Assembly: GCA_964536725.1 (NCBI GenBank)
Contig: CAZHYJ010000001.1
Coordinates: 121,081 to 185,080 of the forward strand
Reading direction: 5' to 3'
DNA: 64,000 nucleotides
Source: an uncultured Gammaproteobacteria bacterium
GTDB lineage: Bacteria; Patescibacteriota; Patescibacteriia; Magasanikbacterales; GWA2-37-8
The position numbers and the translations under genes were made by a program. This document shows positions 38,155-47,303 of the stretch, piece by piece (position 1 is the stretch's first letter; each line of letters begins with the position of its first letter). Below the pieces are notes generated by a model that searched no databases, was not told the origin of the DNA, and saw only the letters and a list, made by a program, of their open reading frames with translations.

Positions 38155-38259
38155 AATATTGTTATAAATAGCATGTTTGTCATTTAGTTGATGTGGACGT
38201 TGAAGAATGTTCGTAATAATGTTAAACTATTTTTATGGCAAATACTTAATAAATTTATT

Positions 38260-38637
38260 ATGAAATCGCTAGTTGATTTTTTAAAAAGAAAAAAACAACA
38301 ATACAAAGTTATTAAAACGGATCAAAAAAATTTTAATTTTACCGGAGAACCATCTGGGGAGGTGGCGATATTAAAAGGATACCTTGAAACGGCTTTGCGT
38401 TTTGATACTGGTGCAAAGAATGCGTATCTTTCGAAAATAAAGTATGAGAAGGATAGTAATATCAGGGTCGCACTTTGTGTAGATACTTTGTCGCAACCTA
38501 AAGATGTGATACAAACATTATCGAAGCATTGTTCAGAAATTGTCTCCAGTATCGACATTATTTATTTTTACGATTTGAGTGACTACCACATAAAGCAACT
38601 ACTATCTTTGGTCAAACCTTTTTATTCTAAAGAATAA
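38260..38637 (+). CDS. Hypothetical protein, possibly SseB C-terminal-domain-like
   Basis: F.GE..G...LK..L...AYL....Y......VALC pattern recalls SseB_C proteins; ATG at 38260. Confidence 0.5.
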   Translation: MKSLVDFLKRKKQQYKVIKTDQKNFNFTGEPSGEVAILKGYLETALRFDTGAKNAYLSKIKYEKDSNIRVALCVDTLSQPKDVIQTLSKHCSEIVSSIDIIYFYDLSDYHIKQLLSLVKPFYSKE

Positions 38638-38714
38638 TAAAAAGTTCGATTTCCCCGATAGTCATCCCAATTTTGATACAAAAAATCCGCTAATTATGGC
38701 GGATTTTTTTCTTG

Positions 38715-38786
38715 TAGCCCCAACGAGAATCGAACTCGTATTTTCTCATTGAAAGCGAGATGTCCTAACCATTAGACGATGAGGCC
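38715..38786 (-). tRNA. tRNA-Glu (TTC)
   Basis: GGCCTCA/TGGGGCT acceptor, D arm CGTCTAATGGTTAGGAC, anticodon loop CTTTCAA, T loop GTTCGATT; CCA not encoded; terminator hairpin at 38680-38710. Confidence 0.95.
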
Positions 38787-38887
38787 GTTTGTCGATGTTG
38801 CATAGTATATCAAAATTTACGAAAAGGTCAAGTCTGGTGAAAACAAAAAAATCCCCACGAGCGTTCTCTTGGGGATTTTTAAACTAT

Positions 38888-39169
38888 TTAACTGTGTTTT
38901 AAGGCATCTTTGAGAGCCTTGCCGGCTTTGAATTTTGGAACTTTTACTGGTGGGATTTGAATCTTTTCCGTAGGTCTTTGTGGGTTCACACCAGTGCGTC
39001 CAGCGCGTTGTTTTACCGAGAAAGCGCCGAAACCAGTCAACACAACTTCCTCGCCTTTTTTCAAGGTATCCATGATAGTGTCAACCAAAGTGTTGATCAT
39101 ATCTTCGGCTTCACGTTTGGAAACGTTTAACTTCTCTGCTAAAACTTGTGCTAATTCAGCTTTGTTCAT
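38888..39169 (-). CDS. hup: DNA-binding protein HU
   Basis: MNKAEL, LTGFGAF, RTGVNPQ, PKFKAGKALKDA. Confidence 0.95.
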   Translation of the reverse strand: MNKAELAQVLAEKLNVSKREAEDMINTLVDTIMDTLKKGEEVVLTGFGAFSVKQRAGRTGVNPQRPTEKIQIPPVKVPKFKAGKALKDALKHS

Positions 39170-39267
39170 AGATTCACCCCCTTTCTTATTAAAGGTATAA
39201 TATTTCTCTTCACATTATATCATCCCGTCTTTTTTTTGGCTATATTAGCCAAAAAGTTGTCCACAGT

Positions 39268-39298
39268 CCTTCGCTCTGCGAGCTTCGGCCATGCGAGG
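39268..39298. repeat. Short REP-like palindromic element, family C
   Basis: CCTTCGCTCTGCGAGCTTCGGCCATGCGAGG; its reverse complement shares GCCGAAGCT...GCGAAGG with the insert in leuS. Confidence 0.6.
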
Positions 39299-39315
39299 CA
39301 TTCCTTCTTTTCGTT

Positions 39316-40842
39316 TTAACGGGCATATTCGATTACGCGAGTTTCACGGATAATGGTAACGCGAATCTCACCAGGGTATTGTAACTCTTCTTCAATTTTG
39401 TGAGCGATATCTTTGGACAATTGAACGGCGGCGTAATCATCAATTTCATTTGGTTTAACAAAGACGCGGATTTCACGGCCAGCCTGGATAGCGTACACCT
39501 TATCAACACCAGGGAAGCCAGTAGCAGTCTTTTCCAATTCTTCCAAACGAGCAACAAAGTGTTCATAAGTATCCTTGCGGGCACCAATGCGTGAGCCAGA
39601 GATGGCATCAGCGGCTTTGACGATGGTTGCATAGACGCTCTGGGGTTTATCAAGATGGTGATCGCGTGCGGCCTGGCAGATATCTTCGTCAGCATTAAAT
39701 TTCTTCAAAATGGTATAGCCAATCTCTGGGTGAGAGCCTTGGGTTTCTTGGTCGACAGCTTTTCCGATATCGTGGAACAAACCAGCTTTCTTGGCCTTGG
39801 CCTGGTCTAAGCCGAGTTCAGCGGCGATCAAAGAGGAAAGGTGACCAACCTCCATGGAATGGTTCAAAATGTTTTGACCGTAGGAAGTACGATATTTCAA
39901 ACGACCAACAATGTTTACCAGTTTTGGATCGATACCGGTGATGGCCATTTTGTACAAAGCCTCTTCGCCGGCTTTTTTAATATCTAGTGATAAATCCTGT
40001 TTGGCTTTTTCTACAAACTCTTCAATGCGAGCCGGTTGGATGCGACCGTCCGCCATTAATTTTTCTAACGACAAACGTGCCACCTCGCGGCGGATAGGGG
40101 AGAAACAGGAAATCATGATGGACTCAGGAGTGTCGTCGATGATCAATTCACAGCCGGTTAATTTTTCAATGGTTTTAATATTGCGTCCTTCTTTGCCGAT
40201 AATACGCCCCTTCATTTCTTCACTTGGTAAGGTGACGATAGAGGAGGTAGTTTCTGCAGCGTGGGAGGAGGCGGTGCGTTGGATGGCGTCGAGAATAATC
40301 TCGCGAGCCTTGTCTTCAAATTTTTCTGAGGATTCGCGGTCGAGTTTAATCATGCGTGCCAACAAGTCATTTTGACTTTCTTCTTCTACCATTTTCAAGA
40401 GCTCCATTCGGGCTTCTTCGTTGGTCATGTTTGCCACGGTTTGGAGTTTATCAAGTTGCTGTTGTTTTAAATCCTCGATCTCTTGTTTGATTAGTTTTAC
40501 GCGTTCGATCTTTTCTTGCAATTTGGTCTGATTGTCTTGTAACTCCAAAAGTTTTTGGTCAAAAGCATTCTCACGTTTTTCCAAACGTTGTTTTTCGTTG
40601 TGTAATTCTTGGTTGATCTGCTTTTCTTCACGTTTGGCTTCCTCGATGATTTTAACGGCTTTTTCTTTGGCTTCCAAGATGTATTCTTGTTGCTTAGTTT
40701 TGGCCTCAATCAGCATGCGTTCGGCCTTGGCTTCCACCGAATTGGCTTGGGCCTGGGCTAGTTTCTTGCGTAAAAAGTAGCCAAACACAAAACCACCGCC
40801 TACGCCGACGATAGCGACTATCAAATTAATTAATCCATTCAT
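39316..40842 (-). CDS. rny: Ribonuclease Y
   Basis: N-terminal TM, coiled coil, KH (MKGRIIGKEGRNI), HD domain (HDIGKA), AIQAGREIRV. Confidence 0.97.
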   Translation of the reverse strand: MNGLINLIVAIVGVGGGFVFGYFLRKKLAQAQANSVEAKAERMLIEAKTKQQEYILEAKEKAVKIIEEAKREEKQINQELHNEKQRLEKRENAFDQKLLELQDNQTKLQEKIERVKLIKQEIEDLKQQQLDKLQTVANMTNEEARMELLKMVEEESQNDLLARMIKLDRESSEKFEDKAREIILDAIQRTASSHAAETTSSIVTLPSEEMKGRIIGKEGRNIKTIEKLTGCELIIDDTPESIMISCFSPIRREVARLSLEKLMADGRIQPARIEEFVEKAKQDLSLDIKKAGEEALYKMAITGIDPKLVNIVGRLKYRTSYGQNILNHSMEVGHLSSLIAAELGLDQAKAKKAGLFHDIGKAVDQETQGSHPEIGYTILKKFNADEDICQAARDHHLDKPQSVYATIVKAADAISGSRIGARKDTYEHFVARLEELEKTATGFPGVDKVYAIQAGREIRVFVKPNEIDDYAAVQLSKDIAHKIEEELQYPGEIRVTIIRETRVIEYAR

Positions 40843-40858
40843 ATACAAAAATTTCAAA

Positions 40859-41064
40859 GGTTGTTGCCTTTGGCTAGGGAGAAATACAAATAGAGAAGAG
40901 TCTTATGACTTTCCTTTGAGGGTTTCTTCTAGAGAAGAAAATGAGTTCAAAAGGGTAAAAAACATGTAAAAAATCACATTTATCCGCTCCAGCAGACAGA
41001 ATTTGGGATGGCGGAAGTTGCTCTTAACTATCGCTTTCTCTGCAGCTTGAGGCAGAGGACAACC
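40859..41064 (-). ncRNA. Candidate structured RNA (about 205 nt) upstream of rny
   Basis: Promoter TTGACA-18-TATAGT (41120-41091); ends pair (GGTTGT..TGCC / GGCA-ACAACC); several internal hairpins; no ORF in track. Confidence 0.45.
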
Positions 41065-41205
41065 GTATTAATAATATTTTAACCATCAATACTATAGCAC
41101 AAAGTACCCTCTGCTGTCAATCATTGACAAACCCCCGAAAATGTTGTATAATCGAGCTAAGTTAATTTTTCAAATTGGCTGGTATGGCCAATTTTTGTTT
41201 ATCCC

Positions 41206-43017
41206 ATGTTAAATATCCGTAATGTCGCTATTATCGCCCACGTTGACCACGGCAAAACCACGCTCGTGGATGCCTTGTTGCGCCAGTCCAAAACTTCCCT
41301 TAAAAAAGAGGTAGTTGATCAGGTCTGTATTATGGACAGCAACGACTTGGAGCGTGAGCGTGGTATTACCATTTTCTCCAAGAATGCAGCGGTAGAATGG
41401 GAAGGTACTAAAATTAATATTATCGACACCCCCGGCCATGCTGACTTTGGTGGTGAGGTAGAACGTGTTTTGAAGATGGCTGATGGCTGTCTACTTTTGG
41501 TTGATGCGCAAGAAGGTCCGATGCCTCAGACTCGTTTTGTTTTGAAGAAAGCTTTGCAGATGGGCCACAAGATTATCGTGGTAATCAACAAGATTGATAA
41601 ACCGGCTGCACGCATTAGTTATGTTTTAGACAAAACTTTAGAATTGTTTTTAGAATTAGGTGCGAGTGATGAGATTGCAAATTTTCCGGTGGTATATGCA
41701 GTAGCCAAACAAGGTAAGGCTGGTCTTGACTCGGACATGGAAAAAATGACTGATATCAGTCCGATTTTTGAAGCCATTTTAAAATATGTACCGGCACCAA
41801 GTGGAGATGTGAATGCTCCTTTGCAGATGTTGGCAGTATCCACCAACTACGACAACTATCTTGGTCGTATTGCGATTGGTCGCATCTACAATGGTGTCTT
41901 GAAAGCCAATCAGGATGTGATGCATATTAACCGTGAGGGTGTGATGAAAAAATGTCGTTTGACTTCCATCATGTCTTTTTCTGGTTTAGAAAAAATTTCA
42001 GTTACCGAAGCTTCAACAGGCGATATTGTCGCTGTCTCAGGTATTACTGAGGTTACTATTGGTGACACGATTGCCGCATTGGATAATCCGATTGCTTTGC
42101 CAGTTATCAATATTGAAGAACCTACCGTTAAAATGACCTTCATGGTCAATGATTCTCCGTTTGCTGGCCAAGAAGGGGATTTTACCACTTCGCGCCAGAT
42201 TCGTGAGCGTCTTTACAAAGAGCTCGAACGCGACGTTGCTTTGCAGGTGGAAGATGGTACGAATGGTGATTGGATTGTAGCTGGGCGCGGTGAATTGCAT
42301 TTGGCAATTTTAATTGAACGTTTGCGTCGTGAAGGTTATGAACTACAGGTTTCACGTCCACGGGTGATTATGAAAGAAGTAAATGGGAAAATGCTAGCAC
42401 CGTTTGAACAGGTATTTATCGAAACTCCGGAAGCCACTTCTGGTATCGTGATTCAAAAACTTGGTTCACGTCATGGTGTTTTAAAAAATATTCAAAATGT
42501 TGATGGAATCGCTTCGCTCGAATTTTTAATTCCGACCAAAGGTTTGTTTGGTTTCCGTCATGAGTTTATCACCGACACACGCGGGTTGGGAATTATCAAC
42601 ACTATGTTTGCCGGATACGACGAAGATCCGGGTAATTGGAAAGAGCGTGAACAAGGATCGCTTGTCGCGCACGAGACGGGTGTGACTAATATGTATGGTT
42701 TGTTAAATATTCAAGAACGCGGCGAATTGTTTTTTGGTGTAGCGGTGAAGGTATACAAAGGACAGGTAGTGGGACAGAATTCACACACCGGTGATCTACG
42801 CGTGAATGTTTGTAAGACCAAAGCATTGTCGAACATGCGTTCGAAAGGTGATGGTGTATCTGAATGGTTTAATGCTCCGCGCACGATGGGGTTGGAAGAT
42901 GCATTGGAGTATATCAGTGATGATGAATTGGTAGAAGCGACACCCAAAAGTGTGCGTATTCGCAAGATGGTTTTGGATGAGAATGAAGCAAAGAGAAAAT
43001 CAAGAGGGATGGAATAA
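41206..43017 (+). CDS. typA: Translational GTPase TypA/BipA
   Basis: [52 protein letters not shown]; promoter TTGACA-17-TATAAT at 41124-41152. Confidence 0.97.
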   Translation: MLNIRNVAIIAHVDHGKTTLVDALLRQSKTSLKKEVVDQVCIMDSNDLERERGITIFSKNAAVEWEGTKINIIDTPGHADFGGEVERVLKMADGCLLLVDAQEGPMPQTRFVLKKALQMGHKIIVVINKIDKPAARISYVLDKTLELFLELGASDEIANFPVVYAVAKQGKAGLDSDMEKMTDISPIFEAILKYVPAPSGDVNAPLQMLAVSTNYDNYLGRIAIGRIYNGVLKANQDVMHINREGVMKKCRLTSIMSFSGLEKISVTEASTGDIVAVSGITEVTIGDTIAALDNPIALPVINIEEPTVKMTFMVNDSPFAGQEGDFTTSRQIRERLYKELERDVALQVEDGTNGDWIVAGRGELHLAILIERLRREGYELQVSRPRVIMKEVNGKMLAPFEQVFIETPEATSGIVIQKLGSRHGVLKNIQNVDGIASLEFLIPTKGLFGFRHEFITDTRGLGIINTMFAGYDEDPGNWKEREQGSLVAHETGVTNMYGLLNIQERGELFFGVAVKVYKGQVVGQNSHTGDLRVNVCKTKALSNMRSKGDGVSEWFNAPRTMGLEDALEYISDDELVEATPKSVRIRKMVLDENEAKRKSRGME

Positions 43018-43070
43018 AAGTTTCAAAAAGAAAAACACCAATCGAAATTGATTGGTGTTTTTTTGTTAGT

Positions 43071-43703
43071 TTATTTTATCTCCTGCGCATTTTTCAGATC
43101 ATATTTCCCAATTCTAGTACGCACCAGTTCCTCGCAGTACGCGCCACAACCCAATTTTTGTCCGATGTCATGTCCGATGGTGCGGATATATGTTCCCGTG
43201 GAACAGTCCACGCGAATTTTTAAGCGGGGATAAGTGTAATCCATTAATTCGATGTTATATATCTCAATCGCGCTTGGTTTTCTCTCCACCTCAATTCCTT
43301 TGCGTGCCAAGTCGTAAAGTTTTTGACCATTAATTTTTTTAGCAGAATACATTGGCGGGATTTGTAGTTGGGGGCCAATAAAGGTTTTTATGACTTCCTT
43401 GATTTCTTCTTCGGTATATTCTTTTCCTATACCAGTCGGAGTTATTACACCATCCCGGTCTTGTGTATCTGTGGTGGCGCCCAAAAACAAAACCGCCTCG
43501 TAGGTTTTGGGGAGATTTTTAAACTCATCCAATCGTTTGGTAGCATCGCGTCCCACCCCGACAATCAAAAGTCCAGTAGCAAAAGGATCAAGTGTACCGG
43601 CATGGCCCACCTTGGTGCCTTTGGGGTATTGGCGGCGTAGACGACCCACGACATCGAAACTCGTCCAGCCGACGGGTTTATTGATAAGTAGAAATTCTTC
43701 CAT
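43071..43703 (-). CDS. truB: tRNA pseudouridine(55) synthase
   Basis: KPVGWTSFD, GHAGTLDPFATGLL, PPMYSA, CSTGTYIR. Confidence 0.97.
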   Translation of the reverse strand: MEEFLLINKPVGWTSFDVVGRLRRQYPKGTKVGHAGTLDPFATGLLIVGVGRDATKRLDEFKNLPKTYEAVLFLGATTDTQDRDGVITPTGIGKEYTEEEIKEVIKTFIGPQLQIPPMYSAKKINGQKLYDLARKGIEVERKPSAIEIYNIELMDYTYPRLKIRVDCSTGTYIRTIGHDIGQKLGCGAYCEELVRTRIGKYDLKNAQEIK

Positions 43704-43797
43704 AGTGGGATTATCTTAGCAGGTTAGCCCAAAATTTACCAGCTTTGTTTGACTTATCCGTTATTATCATATATAATGAACGCACTAAATATATCCC

Positions 43798-45810
43798 ATG
43801 AACGTAACCGAACTCGCGCGACAATTAAAAGTACATCCGAAAAAACTCTTGGAAATTTTACCAGAGTTTGGTTTTGATATCGGTGCAAAATCGATTAAAA
43901 TCGATGATCGGGTAGCACAACAGATCCAACGTTCTTGGCGCAAGATTAAGTTTGTTTTGGAAGAACGTGAAGCCAAAGAACTGGAAAAGCAAAAAGAATT
44001 AGAAAAAGAAATGCGTCGCGAGAGTGGGGTAGAGATTGTTTTACCCGCGGTTTTAACGGTGCGTGAATTTGCGGATAAATTACAGATGCCAATCAACAAG
44101 CTGATGTTGGAGTTGATGAAGAACGGAATTTTGGCGGCACAGAATGAAAATATTGATCGTGATACTGCCACTATTCTTGCTGGTGAAATGGGTTTTAAAG
44201 TACGAGCAGAAGATGGTGTAGCCAAAACTACTGACACAACGGTGCACGTTGATGATTTGGCGAGTGCATTAAAAGAAGGAGCGATTACTGCGCGTCCACC
44301 GGTGGTAGTGGTAATGGGCCATGTTGATCATGGGAAAACAAAGTTGTTGGATGCAATTCGTAGTACCGATGTAGTTTCGACTGAAGCGGGTGGTATCACT
44401 CAGCACATTGGTGCCTATCAAGTTATCTGGATCAATCCTAAAACAAAAGAAAAAAGTCCTCTGACTTTTATCGACACCCCTGGCCACGAAGCGTTCACTG
44501 TAATGCGTAGTCGTGGTGCTAAAGTGGCCGATATCGCTGTGTTGGTAGTGGCAGCTGATGATGGTGTAAAACCACAAACTGTCGAAGCGATTGGTATTAT
44601 CAAAGCAGCCAAACTTCCAGTGGTAGTGGCAATTAACAAAATTGATAAACCAGGATCTGATCCGAAACGCGTGCGTACCGAATTGGCGCAATATGATCTG
44701 TTGGCGGATGATTGGGGTGGAGAAGTGCCGATGGTAGAAATTTCTGCCAAGAACAATACTAATATTGATAAAATTTTGGATACTTTGTTGTTGGTCGCAG
44801 AGATGAACAAAGAAGCAATCATGGCCAACCCGGAGCGTGCTGCTGCGGGTACTGTGATCGAAGCACATGTGGACAAAGGTGAAGGACCAGTAGCGAGTGT
44901 TTTAATCCAGACTGGAACTTTGAAAATTAACGATCCACTGATTGTAAACGGTGAGAACTATGGTAGAGTACGCGCGATGAAAAATTATCGTGGTGAAATG
45001 TTAAAAACTGCGTTGCCTTCAACTCCAATTCGTATTTTAGGTTTTAAAACTGCTCCACAAGTGGGAGATGTATTGGATGTTGGGAAATCTGTTGGTGCAA
45101 CAGATGTTAATTTGAAAAGTAAGCGAGCGCAACAATCAGGTGCAGAATTGCGACCGATAACCGACAATGATACCGAAGAAGAGGGTCATCAATGGTTGAA
45201 TGTGGTGGTGAAGGCCGATGTACTCGGATCGCTCGAAGCGGTTTGTGCGTCTTTGGAAAAATTAAAAAATGATGAAATTGGTGTGAAGGTGGTTGGTAAA
45301 GGTTTGGGCAATATTATGGCCGACGATGTTTCGATGGCGCAAACGACGGGTGCGATAATTTACGGCTTCAATGTTAATGCGACACCGGTAGCCAATGAAA
45401 TGATTAGAAGTAACAATATTGAATTTGTACAATACCGCATCATTTACGATTTGTTAGACAATGTAAAAGAACGTTTAGAAAAATTATTAAATCCAGAGTT
45501 AGTCACTACCGAACTTGGTATCTTTAAATTGGTGTCCATTTTCCGTACGGACCACAATTCAATGATTGTTGGTGGACGGGTTGAACAGGGTAAGTTGATA
45601 CGTGATTGTTTGGTGCGCGTGAAACGTGATAAAGAAATTATCGGTAAAGGAAAGTTGACTAAGTTGCAAATTTCTAAACAAGAAATGAGCGAGATTAAGG
45701 AAGGTAGTGAATGTGGTGTGCAATTTGATGGTAAGTTAAAATTGGAAGAGGGTGATGTGTTGGAGGCCTACAAAGAAGAGAAGGTTGTGAAGAAATTGGT
45801 TTTGAGTTAA
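43798..45810 (+). CDS. infB: Translation initiation factor IF-2
   Basis: RPPVVVVMGHVDHGKT, GGITQHIGAY, DTPGHEAF, KADVLGS.EA, GSECG. Confidence 0.98.
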   Translation: MNVTELARQLKVHPKKLLEILPEFGFDIGAKSIKIDDRVAQQIQRSWRKIKFVLEEREAKELEKQKELEKEMRRESGVEIVLPAVLTVREFADKLQMPINKLMLELMKNGILAAQNENIDRDTATILAGEMGFKVRAEDGVAKTTDTTVHVDDLASALKEGAITARPPVVVVMGHVDHGKTKLLDAIRSTDVVSTEAGGITQHIGAYQVIWINPKTKEKSPLTFIDTPGHEAFTVMRSRGAKVADIAVLVVAADDGVKPQTVEAIGIIKAAKLPVVVAINKIDKPGSDPKRVRTELAQYDLLADDWGGEVPMVEISAKNNTNIDKILDTLLLVAEMNKEAIMANPERAAAGTVIEAHVDKGEGPVASVLIQTGTLKINDPLIVNGENYGRVRAMKNYRGEMLKTALPSTPIRILGFKTAPQVGDVLDVGKSVGATDVNLKSKRAQQSGAELRPITDNDTEEEGHQWLNVVVKADVLGSLEAVCASLEKLKNDEIGVKVVGKGLGNIMADDVSMAQTTGAIIYGFNVNATPVANEMIRSNNIEFVQYRIIYDLLDNVKERLEKLLNPELVTTELGIFKLVSIFRTDHNSMIVGGRVEQGKLIRDCLVRVKRDKEIIGKGKLTKLQISKQEMSEIKEGSECGVQFDGKLKLEEGDVLEAYKEEKVVKKLVLS

Positions 45811-45836
45811 AATTAATATTTTTTAAATTTTTTCAT

Positions 45837-46157
45837 ATGGAACATGTATTTACCGATGCAAATTTTGATGCGGAAGTTTTAAAATCCACCGTGCCAGTGT
45901 TGGTTGATTTTTGGGCACCTTGGTGTGGTCCTTGTCAGATGATGGGGCCAATCGTAGCTGGTTTGGCGGAAGAATATGAAGGGAAGAATATTAAGATCGG
46001 TAAATGCAATGTGGATGAGAATCAAAATATTGCCGGTCAGTACAATGTGATGAGTATTCCAACCTTTTTGGTTTTCAAAGGCGGACAGGTGGTAGATCAG
46101 ATGACGGGTGGGGTACAGAAGGAACGACTGAAAGAGATGATTGATAAGGCGATATAA
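45837..46157 (+). CDS. trxA: Thioredoxin
   Basis: DFWAPWCGPC, SIPT. Confidence 0.97.
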   Translation: MEHVFTDANFDAEVLKSTVPVLVDFWAPWCGPCQMMGPIVAGLAEEYEGKNIKIGKCNVDENQNIAGQYNVMSIPTFLVFKGGQVVDQMTGGVQKERLKEMIDKAI

Positions 46158-46185
46158 TACAAATTTTTACTCTTAATTTAAACAT

Positions 46186-47148
46186 ATGCCAAGGTGGGCA
46201 AAAATTTCACTGGGAATAGTGGTTGCTATTCTCGTAGTTTTGGTTTTAACCGTTGTTGGTTTGAAATGGTATGACGGTGAGTTCAGTTCGAGTGGTACAA
46301 CATTTGGGTTAGGAAATGGTTCGTATGGTACCTCTCCGATGGTGGAGGTGGGGTTGGGCGTGCGCGCAGGAGTGGCGCAGGATAGTTACAAGACGATGGC
46401 AAACGAAAATATTGTTTCGACTCCAGCTTCTTTGCCAGCACTTCCAGCGGAACGTTTGATTATTAAAACCGGAGAAATGACGCTGGTGGTTACTGATGTG
46501 CCAGCAACAGTTAAAAATATTGTTGCTTATGCAGAAAAGAATGGTGGTTTTGTGGTGGTCAATCAAATTTACAAAAACGGTTTGATTCCTTATGGTGAAG
46601 TTACTGTACGTATTCCATCCAAAGCATTTGAAGGTGGTATGTTGGAAGTGAAAGCTTTGGGCGATGTCCAAAGAGAGAATGTGGTGGGGCAAGATGTGAC
46701 TGAAGAATATGTTGATTTGGGTGCGCGATTGAATAATTTGCAAGCAACCGAAAAACAATTTTTGGCAATCATGGCAAAAGCGACAAAGATTACCGATATT
46801 TTGGCAGTACAACGTGAACTTTCACAGGTACGGGGTGAGATTGAATCTATGCAAGGTCGTATGAAATATTTAAAGACCAGTGCGGACATGTCGTCTTTGA
46901 CAGTATATCTTTCTACTGATCCAAGTGTACTTCCAACGATTGAAGATTCCAATGAATGGAAGCCTTTGGCAGTATTAAAGAGTGCTGCACGAGGACTGAT
47001 CGCGGTGGGCAAGGGTTTGGCTAATGCTGTTATATATATTGCGGTATTTATTCCGCTTTGGATTCTGATCGCTTTGATAGTTTGGGGCATTCGTGCACTG
47101 GCACGCCGCCGTCGTGCTCGTGCAGAAGGGATGAATTTTAAGAGGTAA
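46186..47148 (+). CDS. DUF4349-family membrane-anchored protein
   Basis: N-terminal TM, RLIIKTG, VRIP, DVTEEYVDL.ARL coiled coil, C-terminal TM. Confidence 0.8.
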   Translation: MPRWAKISLGIVVAILVVLVLTVVGLKWYDGEFSSSGTTFGLGNGSYGTSPMVEVGLGVRAGVAQDSYKTMANENIVSTPASLPALPAERLIIKTGEMTLVVTDVPATVKNIVAYAEKNGGFVVVNQIYKNGLIPYGEVTVRIPSKAFEGGMLEVKALGDVQRENVVGQDVTEEYVDLGARLNNLQATEKQFLAIMAKATKITDILAVQRELSQVRGEIESMQGRMKYLKTSADMSSLTVYLSTDPSVLPTIEDSNEWKPLAVLKSAARGLIAVGKGLANAVIYIAVFIPLWILIALIVWGIRALARRRRARAEGMNFKR

Positions 47149-47303
47149 TTAAAGGAAAAACATGTCGATCAAATCGGCATGTTTTTTTGTCTCTTGACGC
47201 CGATTGGGGAAGGCGTAAAATGAAGTTACCCTGATATCTGCTTGACGGGTTTTTAGAACTGATATATTATATATCATACTTAATTAGTATAACTTAAATA
47301 CAT

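Noticed and set aside
38001-38183. 60-aa minus-strand ORF as a real gene
   Set aside because: It spans the repeat and terminator hairpin with no motif; the opposite-strand frame explains the conservation pattern better
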